Shown here piece by piece: positions 48,898-56,959 of a DNA stretch of 64,000 nt (the stretch's first letter is position 1; each line of letters starts with the position of its first letter). The stretch comes from an uncultured Collinsella sp. GTDB taxonomy: Bacteria > Actinomycetota > Coriobacteriia > Coriobacteriales > Coriobacteriaceae. The stretch spans positions 7,823 to 71,822 of the forward strand of contig CAUCKA010000008.1 in NCBI GenBank assembly GCA_958443265.1, given 5' to 3'. The notes beneath the pieces are model-generated. The model had not been told where the DNA came from. It searched no databases and was given only the letters and a program-made list of their open reading frames with translations. The position numbers and the translations under genes are program-made.

Positions 48898-50366
48898 CGG
48901 GCGCCGCCTTCCCCACCTGCGGCGTTGCAGTTAGCAAGCGAGACCACCTCAACGGATGGTTTCCCCTCGGCAGAGGGGTCCTCCCCGACAGGTGACTCAA
49001 CAAGCGCCCCGACATCGGCAAGCTCCTCGGCATCCGCGCCCGCACCACGCGCGCTGACGAGGAACACGGGGTTTTGCGCCTTCATAAGATGGTGCGAGCC
49101 TACAGCCTCGGCGCGGGCGGCCGACACCTGGCACGCCTCGAACTCCTTAAAGCGCGAACCCGAAAGGAGCGCGCACGCCTCGGTGAGCGTCTCAACGGTG
49201 ACGCATGGCACGCACAGGCGAACCTGCGAGTTCTTCTCGAGCGCCGCCTCCACGATGGAGGGAAGCTCGCCCGCGCTCCCGCCGACGAACACGGCGTCGG
49301 GGTCGGGCAGTTTCGCGAGCGCTTCGGGGGCGACACCGGGGACCGCATGCACGTTGCCGCACCCGAATGCATCCGCGTTCTCTCGGATGAGCCGCACGCC
49401 GGCCGCGTTGCGCTCGACCGCCCATACCGATCCCGCTCGCGCGACGAGCGCCGCCTCGATCGACACGCTCCCCGTGCCGGCGCCGACATCCCACACGGTG
49501 TCGGTCGCGGTAAGGCGCAGCTTCGCGAGCGCGACGGCGCGCACCTCCTGCTTGGTCATGGGAACGTCGCCGCGGATGAAGAGCTCGTCGGGAATGCCCG
49601 AGGAAGCGTACGGCCAGCGGGGGCTCGCGGCGTGGAATGCGCCCGCAGAGTCCGCCACGAAAGAAGCCGCCGCGGGCGCAGATGCGCCAGCCGGCGCCTC
49701 GGAGGCTGCACTAGAGTTCGCAGGCGACCCGGCGCAGCCTGCGAACTCGATAAGCATCACGTTCAAGTCGTCGAACGTCTGACCTGCGATTTCACTTGCG
49801 GTCGCGCAGGTAATGCGCTCGTCGGGGTACGACAGGCGCTCGGCCACCGTCACGCGCGCGTCCTCGAAGCCCGCCTGCACAAGCTCGCCCGAAAGCCGCG
49901 AGGGGTCTTCCCCGCCCGACGTGGCGAGGAAGAGCTCACCTGCGCGCTCGGCCTCGGCCACGATGTCGCACGCCACGCCGTGAGCGCTCACGAAGCGCCA
50001 ATCCTGCCATGGACGCGCGAGGCGCGCGGCGAGATACGACGCTGAGCTTATGCCGGGAATGACGCGCACGTCCACCTGCGCGTCGCCGGAGAGCGCCTCC
50101 ACCAGGCGGCGCGCGCCGCTGAACAGCCCCACATCGCCCGTCATCACGACCACGGCGCGCTGCCACGACGCCGCATCGGTGAGCGCGGCGACGATGTCCG
50201 CCGTCTTAACGAGCTCGCATCTCACCACGTCGGGCGGCACGTCGATGCCGACAAGTGCGCGATGAGCGCCGATGACCACGTCGGCGATGTCGATCGCGTC
50301 GAGCGCCGCGCGCGAGAGCAAGTCGGGGTTTCCGGGCCCCGCCCCGATGATCGTTACCTTTCGCAT
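48894..50366 (-). CDS. cbiET: Cobalt-precorrin-6B C5/C15 methyltransferase (decarboxylating), fused CbiE-CbiT
   Basis: IIGAGPG, GDVGLFSG, IPGISS (CbiE); PMTKQEVRA and WDVGAGTGSVSIE (CbiT). Confidence 0.9.
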   Translation of the reverse strand: MRKVTIIGAGPGNPDLLSRAALDAIDIADVVIGAHRALVGIDVPPDVVRCELVKTADIVAALTDAASWQRAVVVMTGDVGLFSGARRLVEALSGDAQVDVRVIPGISSASYLAARLARPWQDWRFVSAHGVACDIVAEAERAGELFLATSGGEDPSRLSGELVQAGFEDARVTVAERLSYPDERITCATASEIAGQTFDDLNVMLIEFAGCAGSPANSSAASEAPAGASAPAAASFVADSAGAFHAASPRWPYASSGIPDELFIRGDVPMTKQEVRAVALAKLRLTATDTVWDVGAGTGSVSIEAALVARAGSVWAVERNAAGVRLIRENADAFGCGNVHAVPGVAPEALAKLPDPDAVFVGGSAGELPSIVEAALEKNSQVRLCVPCVTVETLTEACALLSGSRFKEFEACQVSAARAEAVGSHHLMKAQNPVFLVSARGAGADAEELADVGALVESPVGEDPSAEGKPSVEVVSLANCNAAGGEGGAR

Positions 50367-51100
50367 GGAATCTCCCGATACCCGCGCGGCGTGACCATAC
50401 GGCCGCCTACGCGCTTCGTGTCCGCGTTGCCGACGAACACGGTGGTGAACATGTCTGCATCGAACTCCCCCAGCTCGGAGAGCCTGCACATACCCGACTG
50501 CTGCCCCTCGCGCCCGATGTTGCGCACCCAGCCGCAGAGCGTGTCGGGGGCCTTCCATTCGAGCATAATCTTCGCCGCGCGCGAGAGCCTGTCGGCGCGC
50601 TTTCTGCTGCGCGGGTTGTACAAACAGATGCAGAAGTCGGCGCTCGCCACGGCGGCGAGCCTGCGCTCGATGACCTCCCACGGCGTGAGCAGGTCAGAGA
50701 GCGACACGACCGCGAAATCGTGGGCAAGCGGGGCGCCGAGCACCGCCGACCCGCTCTGAGCCGCGGTGGCCCCGGCGATAACTTCCACGTCTACATCGGG
50801 GTAGTCCTCCGCAAGCTCCAGCACGGGGCTCGCCATGCCGTACACGCCCGCGTCACCGCTGCACACGAGCGCCACGGCTTCTCCGCTCTGCGCGCGCGAA
50901 AGCGCCAGGCGGCACCGTTCGACCTCGTGCATCATCGGCGTCGCGAGATGCGCCGCGTCGGGCACGGCGGCGAGCGCGAGCTCCACGTATTTCGTGTACC
51001 CCACAACGATGTCGGCCGCCTCGAGCGCGCGCCGAGCCGCAATCGTCATGCCGTCGGGGCCGCCCGGGCCAATCCCCACCACGAAGAGCTTTCCCATCAC
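50354..51100 (-). CDS. cbiH: Cobalt-precorrin-3B C17 methyltransferase
   Basis: VVGIGPG, SGDAGVYGMA, LGAPLAHDF, SLSDLLTPW, LYNPRS and TPRGY. Confidence 0.93.
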   Translation of the reverse strand: MMGKLFVVGIGPGGPDGMTIAARRALEAADIVVGYTKYVELALAAVPDAAHLATPMMHEVERCRLALSRAQSGEAVALVCSGDAGVYGMASPVLELAEDYPDVDVEVIAGATAAQSGSAVLGAPLAHDFAVVSLSDLLTPWEVIERRLAAVASADFCICLYNPRSRKRADRLSRAAKIMLEWKAPDTLCGWVRNIGREGQQSGMCRLSELGEFDADMFTTVFVGNADTKRVGGRMVTPRGYREIPCER

Positions 51101-52230
51101 CGCTCCTTAAACGAAAGTTCGATAGTTACCTTGGAAAACGCGACGGTCACGCCGCCGTGAGCGAGCTTCGGGAAGAAAAGTTTGCCCCCGCCCGCGAGCG
51201 CCGCGCGCTCGCACACGTTGTCGACCCCCACCGTCGCGCGCACGAAATCAGATGGCGAAACGCTGCCTTCGACCTGCGACAACTCCTCTGCGGAATACGT
51301 CGCGAGCGGGATACTGCGCGCGTGGCAGAAGGCGAGCAGACCCTCCTCGCGCGCCTTAACGTCGATCGTCGCCGCCTCGCGCACGGCCGAAGGCGAGATG
51401 CCCGCCTGCCCGCACGCGAGAAGAAACGCCTCCCCGATCGCTTCGGTGCACGCACCGCGACGGCACCCTATGCCCGCAACGATGCAGGGTAAGACAAGGT
51501 GAAGCGGCTCGGGCGCAGGCGCCTGCGCCCGCACGCCCGCCGGCTTCCCCGTCACACCGGCGGGCACGACCTCGCCCGTTGTCTCCGCCGCGCGAACGGA
51601 CGCACCTGCATTCGCGCCAGCGAACGGCGACACGACGATATCGGCCCGAGCGCGGTCGGACGCAATGTCAACCCCCTCAGGCGGCTGTCCCGAAATCGGC
51701 ATGTCGGAATAGAGCGCCACGCGCCCGCCCGAAAGCAGCCGCGCCGACACTCGCTTGATAGCCTCGGGATTCGAAACGGCGAGCCCAGCACAGCGCGCCC
51801 ACGTATCCACCGCCCACACGCCGCGGACGTCGGTCGCCGTGGTGATGACGGGGATGGCCCCTGCCGCGCGTGCCACAGTTTGCGCAAGCTCGTTCGCACC
51901 GCTCAAATGCCCCGACAAAAGCGAGACGGCAAAGCGCCCCGCCTCGTCGATCACCACAACCGCGGAATCGTTTGCCTTCGAGGCGACATGCGGCGCGATC
52001 GCCCGCACGGCGATGCCCGCCGCGCCCACGAACAGAAGCGCGTCCGACGCTTCCCACGCGAGCGCCGTCCATGCGCGCAGGTCGGCCTTCCCCTCGCCGA
52101 ACCCGCGCGAAACGGAAACGTTCCAGCCAGAGTCATCTTCACCTGTCTGCGCGCAATCGGAAAGCGCGCGTGCGGTGCGCTCCGCCAACGCATACCCCCT
52201 CTCAGTGAACGCTATGCAGGAAACCCTCAT
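51097..52230 (-). CDS. cbiG: Cobalt-precorrin-5A hydrolase
   Basis: GIAVRAIAP, LLSGHLSGAN, VITTATD, GIGCRRG and VGVDNVCERAA. Confidence 0.92.
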   Translation of the reverse strand: MRVSCIAFTERGYALAERTARALSDCAQTGEDDSGWNVSVSRGFGEGKADLRAWTALAWEASDALLFVGAAGIAVRAIAPHVASKANDSAVVVIDEAGRFAVSLLSGHLSGANELAQTVARAAGAIPVITTATDVRGVWAVDTWARCAGLAVSNPEAIKRVSARLLSGGRVALYSDMPISGQPPEGVDIASDRARADIVVSPFAGANAGASVRAAETTGEVVPAGVTGKPAGVRAQAPAPEPLHLVLPCIVAGIGCRRGACTEAIGEAFLLACGQAGISPSAVREAATIDVKAREEGLLAFCHARSIPLATYSAEELSQVEGSVSPSDFVRATVGVDNVCERAALAGGGKLFFPKLAHGGVTVAFSKVTIELSFKER

Positions 52231-52920
52231 CTAGCGCACCACCATCGTCGAGAAGTAGCTGCCCCGATCGGGCACATCGTCGAGCGAGCGGTACACGCGC
52301 TCGCCCGGAAGCCCACAGTCCTCTACGAGCTCGGCACCGTCGAAGGCGCCCTCCTCGCGAAGGATGCGCTTCGTGTCCGCAAGCGAGCGGCGCGCCTTCA
52401 TGACCACCTTCGTCCCCGGCCAGCCGATTGCGCGGCGAACGTCATCGTAGCCGCCGGGCACGATGTGCAGAGGCGACGACATCTCGGGCGTGAGGTCGCG
52501 CTCGAGCGCCGCGGCGACCGCGCAGAAGCTCGGCACGCCGGGAATGGCGCGCGCCTCGAACCCGCGGGCGCGCACGTCGGGCGCTATGCGCTGGAAGGTG
52601 GCGTAGATGCTTGGGTCCCCCAGGTTCAGCAGCGCGACGTCGCGGGCCGCATCCAGGTGCGCGACAAGCTCGCGAACAAGCGAGGCATGCTCGGCCGCGC
52701 GGCGCTCGGCGTCGCGCGTCATCGAGAATCGCACAGGGATCACCGTCTTGCCTGTAAGGTCGACGGCGCCGCGCACAATGTCAAGCGCGACCATGACCCC
52801 GTCCGCCGTTTGCGGTGCGGCGATGACCGGACACGATTCGATTGTGCGGACGGCCTTGATCGTGAGCAGCTCGGGGTCGCCAGGCCCCGTGCCCACCCCG
52901 TACAGCACGCCTTTACTCAT
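52231..52920 (-). CDS. cbiL: Cobalt-precorrin-2 (cobalt-factor II) C20 methyltransferase
   Basis: LYGVGTGPGDPELLTIKA, LGDPSIYAT, IPGVPSF, VVMK and YFST. Confidence 0.92.
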   Translation of the reverse strand: MSKGVLYGVGTGPGDPELLTIKAVRTIESCPVIAAPQTADGVMVALDIVRGAVDLTGKTVIPVRFSMTRDAERRAAEHASLVRELVAHLDAARDVALLNLGDPSIYATFQRIAPDVRARGFEARAIPGVPSFCAVAAALERDLTPEMSSPLHIVPGGYDDVRRAIGWPGTKVVMKARRSLADTKRILREEGAFDGAELVEDCGLPGERVYRSLDDVPDRGSYFSTMVVR

Positions 52921-54097
52921 ACGTCGCCCCCAATTCCCCGATAACAGCATCGGCGCCCGACGTGCGGAAAAGCTCGCGGCGCCCGGCGTCGAACACGACC
53001 GCGGCGATGTCGCATGCGCCCGCCGCGCGGCGGCGCAACCTGTCCTCGATTGCCGCAGCGAGCGAGGCGCGCACAGCGTCCCCCACGCCGGCGGCCTCGA
53101 TTACCTCGAGCGCCGTCGTGGTCGTGACCGACGACATGATCTCGTGCACGGTCTTCGCGCCCGCGCCGGCCAAGGCCGCGTGGGCGGCCAGAATCTCCGC
53201 GCGGCAGTCGGCGGTACGCGAATGGGTGTCCATGATGCCGCCCGCGACCTTCACTAGCTTGCCGATGTGTCCCACAAGAAGGACATTGGTAAATCCCTCG
53301 CGAACGCAGCAATCAATCGCATCGCCCACAAAGTTGGAGATGAAGACCACCGGCGCACCGTTTAGGTGGAAATGCCCCGAGATGAACTGCCCGCCGTAGT
53401 TGCCGGGCGTGAGCACGACTCCGCGCCGCCCCATAGCCGCATGCTGCCGGATCTCGAGCTCGATGCTGTCGCGCAAGGCAGCGAGGCTGCGCGGCTCGAC
53501 GATGCCCGTCGTACCCAGGATGGAGATGCCGTCCTCTATCCCCAGGTGCGGGTTGAAGGTCTTTTCGGCAAGGGCAACACCCTCGGGTACCGAAATCGTC
53601 ACAGCAATATTTCCAGAAAAGCCGTGCGCGGCGCACACCTCGCGCACCGCCGAAGTGATCATCGCGCGCGGCGTCGCGTTGATGGCGGCCGCCCCCACCG
53701 GCTGCTCAAGCCCGGGCAACGTCACGCGTCCCACGCCCACGCCGCCATCGACGGAAACTTCCGATTCGCGCGCGGGCACGCCCTTGCTGCCCGCAGCGCC
53801 CGTGCCCGGCCCCGCATGTTCCACGAGCGCGTACACGAGCACGCCGTCGGTCACATCGGCATCGTCGCCTGCGTCCTTTCGCACGGCGCACTGGGCGCAC
53901 CCCTCGCCGATGCATACGTCGACCACGTCCGTCTCGACGGGCAGCCCGCCGGGGGTGACGATCGACACGCGGCCCACGGTCTTTCGTGACAAGAGCATCT
54001 CGCAGGCCGCCTTCGCCGCGAGAGCGGCGCAGCTCCCCGTGGTGTAGCCGCAGCGCAGGCGGGTCGTCCCGGTATATATGTAGTGCTCGAAGGCCAC
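52913..54097 (-). CDS. cbiD: Cobalt-precorrin-5B C1 methyltransferase
   Basis: LRCGYTTGSCAA, KDAGDDADVT, TFNPHLGIEDGISILGTTGIVEP and GHIGKLVK. Confidence 0.94.
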   Translation of the reverse strand: MAFEHYIYTGTTRLRCGYTTGSCAALAAKAACEMLLSRKTVGRVSIVTPGGLPVETDVVDVCIGEGCAQCAVRKDAGDDADVTDGVLVYALVEHAGPGTGAAGSKGVPARESEVSVDGGVGVGRVTLPGLEQPVGAAAINATPRAMITSAVREVCAAHGFSGNIAVTISVPEGVALAEKTFNPHLGIEDGISILGTTGIVEPRSLAALRDSIELEIRQHAAMGRRGVVLTPGNYGGQFISGHFHLNGAPVVFISNFVGDAIDCCVREGFTNVLLVGHIGKLVKVAGGIMDTHSRTADCRAEILAAHAALAGAGAKTVHEIMSSVTTTTALEVIEAAGVGDAVRASLAAAIEDRLRRRAAGACDIAAVVFDAGRRELFRTSGADAVIGELGATYE

Positions 54098-54098
54098 G

Positions 54099-54890
54099 CT
54101 AGCTGCTCGCCTTCCGATACCCCGTGGCAAACGAAGGGTCGTAAAGCTTGCTGCGCTCGTACGACTCCGCTTGCGCGCCGTCGTGCGCAAGCCCGCCGCG
54201 AGCTCCGAGCACGCGGCCCACCACCACGAGCGCCGTGCGGTCGATGCCCTCTCGCGCGCCCGCATCGGCGAGCGTGCCCACTGTGCATCGCACCACGCGC
54301 TCCTCAGGCCAGGTCGCCTTATACACGAGCGCCGCCGGCTCGTCGGAGCTGCGGCCCGCGGCCAAAAGCTCGGCGGAAAGCTCGGCGAGCATACCCGAGC
54401 TCAGGAAGATGACCATAGTCGAGCCGCTTTCCGCCATGGTGCGCATGCCCTCGCCCGCAGGCATGGGGGTGCGCCCGGAAAGCCGCGTGATCACGACCGA
54501 CTGGCTGATTCCCGGCAGCGTGTATTCCTGGCGAAGCGCCGCCGCGGCACCGCAAAAGCTCGACACGCCGGGCACCACCTCGTAGTCCACGCCGCGCGCG
54601 TCGAGCGCGTCCATCTGCTCCTGGATGGCGCCGTACAGGCACGGGTCGCCCGTGTGCAGGCGCACCACTTCCTCGCCCCGCGCATCTGCCGCGCACATCA
54701 CGTCGAGCACTTCCTCCAAGGTCATGTGCGCGCTGTCGTAGACGATGCAGGATTCCTTGCACTCAGCGAGCAGCTCGGGGTTCACAAGGCTCCCCGCCCA
54801 AACGACCACGTCGGCCGCGTGCAGAAGGCGAGCCCCGCGCAGCGTGATAAGGTCGGCGGCGCCAGAGCCTGCGCCAACGATATGAATCAT
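54099..54890 (-). CDS. cbiF: Cobalt-precorrin-4 C11 methyltransferase
   Basis: VGAGSGAADLITLRG, VRLHTGDPCLYGAIQEQ, YTLPGISQSVVITR, YKATWP and SKLYDPSF. Confidence 0.94.
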   Translation of the reverse strand: MIHIVGAGSGAADLITLRGARLLHAADVVVWAGSLVNPELLAECKESCIVYDSAHMTLEEVLDVMCAADARGEEVVRLHTGDPCLYGAIQEQMDALDARGVDYEVVPGVSSFCGAAAALRQEYTLPGISQSVVITRLSGRTPMPAGEGMRTMAESGSTMVIFLSSGMLAELSAELLAAGRSSDEPAALVYKATWPEERVVRCTVGTLADAGAREGIDRTALVVVGRVLGARGGLAHDGAQAESYERSKLYDPSFATGYRKASS

Positions 54891-55021
54891 CCGAGCCTTC
54901 CCTTCCCGTTTCTCATCGCAACCGTTTACGCCGCCATTCGCGCAGCGGGCAAAACACGGCGCCTGCGGCAGCAATCGGCGCAAATACGCAGGCAGGAGGC
55001 GCAATGCCGCCCGCGCTGGCT

Positions 55022-55050
55022 TTGACACGTTCACAAGTGCCCACTATCAT
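55022..55050 (+). promoter_or_regulatory. Sigma-70 promoter for the riboswitch-cbiK-transporter operon
   Basis: TTGACA-17 nt-TATCAT. Confidence 0.7.
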
Positions 55051-55083
55051 AGTAAAAGTTTCGGCAACGAGCATATGACAATC

Positions 55084-55232
55084 GGATAAAAGGAAATGAC
55101 CGGCGCGGCGCCTGCACAGCCCGCGCTGGCTTGCGGAGGGAACCAGGTGGGAATCCTGGGCAAGGGACATTACTGTATAGGACGCGCGGGCGAACCGCCT
55201 CGCGCCCCAAGCCAGACTGCTTCGCCTTTTCC
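55084..55232 (+). ncRNA. Cobalamin (B12) riboswitch
   Basis: GGGAA-CCAGGTG-GGAAT-CCTGG (P3/P4 with T-loop), ACTGTA, the B12 box AAGCCAGAC, and flanking AAAAGG/CCTTTT pairing. Lies upstream of cbiK and the ABC importer. Confidence 0.85.
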
Positions 55233-55348
55233 TCACGGCATCGCCGTGGCGTTAGCTCCTTGTGAACCCCGAGGGGTGCGCTTTTCTTTCGCTTGTGCCG
55301 ACAAGCAACTGTCGCCGGGGGACCGGCAAACCGAGGAAAGGAAAAACC

Positions 55349-56275
55349 ATGTCCGACCAGATGTCACGCCGCGGCTTCATGGGCGCCGCAGCAACCGGAG
55401 CCGTCGCGCTCGCCGGAGTCGCGCTCGCGGGCTGCTCCAACACCTCCGCGAGTTCCGAGAAATCTAGTGAAAAGGAGAAGGCCGCGAAGCCGGTCATCCT
55501 CGTCACGAGCTTCGGCACGAGCTACAACGACTCGCGCCACATCACCATCGGCGCCATCGAAGACGCTATCCGCGAGAAGTACTGGCAGGACTACGACATC
55601 CGCCGCGCCTTCACCGCGCAGATCATCATCGACAAGCTGAAGAAGCGCGACGGCATCACGATCGACAACATGACCGAGGCGCTTGACCGCTGCGTGGAAG
55701 ACGGCGTGAAGGAAATCGTCGTGCAGCCGACGCATCTCATGGCTGGCCTGGAATACGCCGACGTGAAAGACGAGCTCGACAAGTACGCCGACAAGTTCGA
55801 CAAGATCTCGCTCGGCGACCCGCTGCTCACCTCCGACGACGACTACAAAAAGGTGGCCGCAGCCATTAAGGAGAACATGGCGTCCTTCGACGACGGCGAG
55901 ACGGCGCTGTGCCTCATGGGCCACGGCACCGAAGCCGATTCCAACGCCGACTATGCCAAGATGCAGGAAGTGTTCAAGAACGAGGGTTTGACGCAGTTCT
56001 TCGTCGGCACCGTCGAGGCTGAACCGACCTGCGAGGATGTTATCGCCGCCGCGAGCGCCGCAGGCTACAAGAAGGCCGTGCTCGCGCCGTTCATGGTGGT
56101 CGCGGGCGACCACGCGAACAACGACATGGCAGACGAGACCGACCCCGACAGCTGGGCTGCGAAGTTCGTGGCCGCCGGCTTCGAAGTGACGTGCCTGCTC
56201 CAGGGTCTGGGACAGAACGTCGCGGTCGACGACATCTACGTCTCGCACGTGGACGACGCCATCGCCAAGCTGTAA
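55349..56275 (+). CDS. cbiK: Sirohydrochlorin cobaltochelatase with twin-arginine lipoprotein signal peptide
   Basis: SFGTS, RRAFTAQIIIDKL, QPTHLM, MGHGT, GTVE and VAGDHANNDM (both metal histidines present). N-terminus MSDQMSRRGFMG...ALAGC. Confidence 0.88.
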   Translation: MSDQMSRRGFMGAAATGAVALAGVALAGCSNTSASSEKSSEKEKAAKPVILVTSFGTSYNDSRHITIGAIEDAIREKYWQDYDIRRAFTAQIIIDKLKKRDGITIDNMTEALDRCVEDGVKEIVVQPTHLMAGLEYADVKDELDKYADKFDKISLGDPLLTSDDDYKKVAAAIKENMASFDDGETALCLMGHGTEADSNADYAKMQEVFKNEGLTQFFVGTVEAEPTCEDVIAAASAAGYKKAVLAPFMVVAGDHANNDMADETDPDSWAAKFVAAGFEVTCLLQGLGQNVAVDDIYVSHVDDAIAKL

Positions 56276-56421
56276 ACTCGCCGCGCACGGGGGCGCCGGT
56301 CGCGTCCCCGTGCAACGGGCATGCGCCTTTCCCCGACTGACGACGCATGCCCGTTGCATTCGCATCCCGACCGCCCACCGCACGGCGCGGGCGGTCGAAG
56401 CGATTGAAAGGAACCCCCTCC

Positions 56422-56955
56422 ATGTTGAAGAAAACCCTCGTCTTCGCCCTGTCGGCGGCGCTTTGCGCGTTCTCGCTCGCCGGCTGCGCCGGAAATTCAA
56501 TCGACAGCGCAAAGGCAAGCGATGCCGATTCCCAGGAAAAGACCGAACAGGCGGCCGATGCGCCCGCGGGCGCAAGCGCTGCCCCCATCACCGCCGACAA
56601 GGTGGCCGACGGCACCTATCCGATCACCGTAGATTCCAGCTCGAACATGTTCAGGATCGTGGACGCCCAGCTCATCGTGGAAAACGGCTCCATGCACTGC
56701 GTGATGACGCTTTCCGGCACGGGCTACGGCAAGCTCTTCATGGGCACGGGCGACGAGGCTGCCGCCGCGAGCGAGGCCGACTTCATCCCCTATGTGGAAA
56801 ACGCGGAAGGCAAGTACACCTACGACGTGCCCGTTGATGCGCTCGACGAGGACACCGCCTGTGCCGCGTGGAGTATTAGAAAAGAGCAGTGGTACGACCG
56901 CACGCTTGTGTTCGAATCCGCCGGCGTCGATCTGCGCGCCGACGCACTGAAGTAA
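56422..56955 (+). CDS. Lipoprotein with a beta-rich NEAT-like domain, function unknown
   Basis: Sec lipoprotein signal MLKK...SLAGC; beta-strand domain DGTYPITVDSSSNMFRI...WYDRTLVF. The fold assignment is inference. Confidence 0.7.
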   Translation: MLKKTLVFALSAALCAFSLAGCAGNSIDSAKASDADSQEKTEQAADAPAGASAAPITADKVADGTYPITVDSSSNMFRIVDAQLIVENGSMHCVMTLSGTGYGKLFMGTGDEAAAASEADFIPYVENAEGKYTYDVPVDALDEDTACAAWSIRKEQWYDRTLVFESAGVDLRADALK

Positions 56956-56959
56956 CGCC

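Noticed and set aside
40387..55034. Long N-terminal extensions of cob ORFs in the ORF track (e.g. starts at 42033, 47319, 50681, 55034)
   Set aside because: They overlap upstream genes extensively; downstream starts with stop-start coupling and family-typical N-termini fit better.
55465..55500. AAGGAG inside the CbiK linker as an RBS for a cytoplasmic isoform
   Set aside because: No in-frame ATG, GTG or TTG lies at a suitable spacing.
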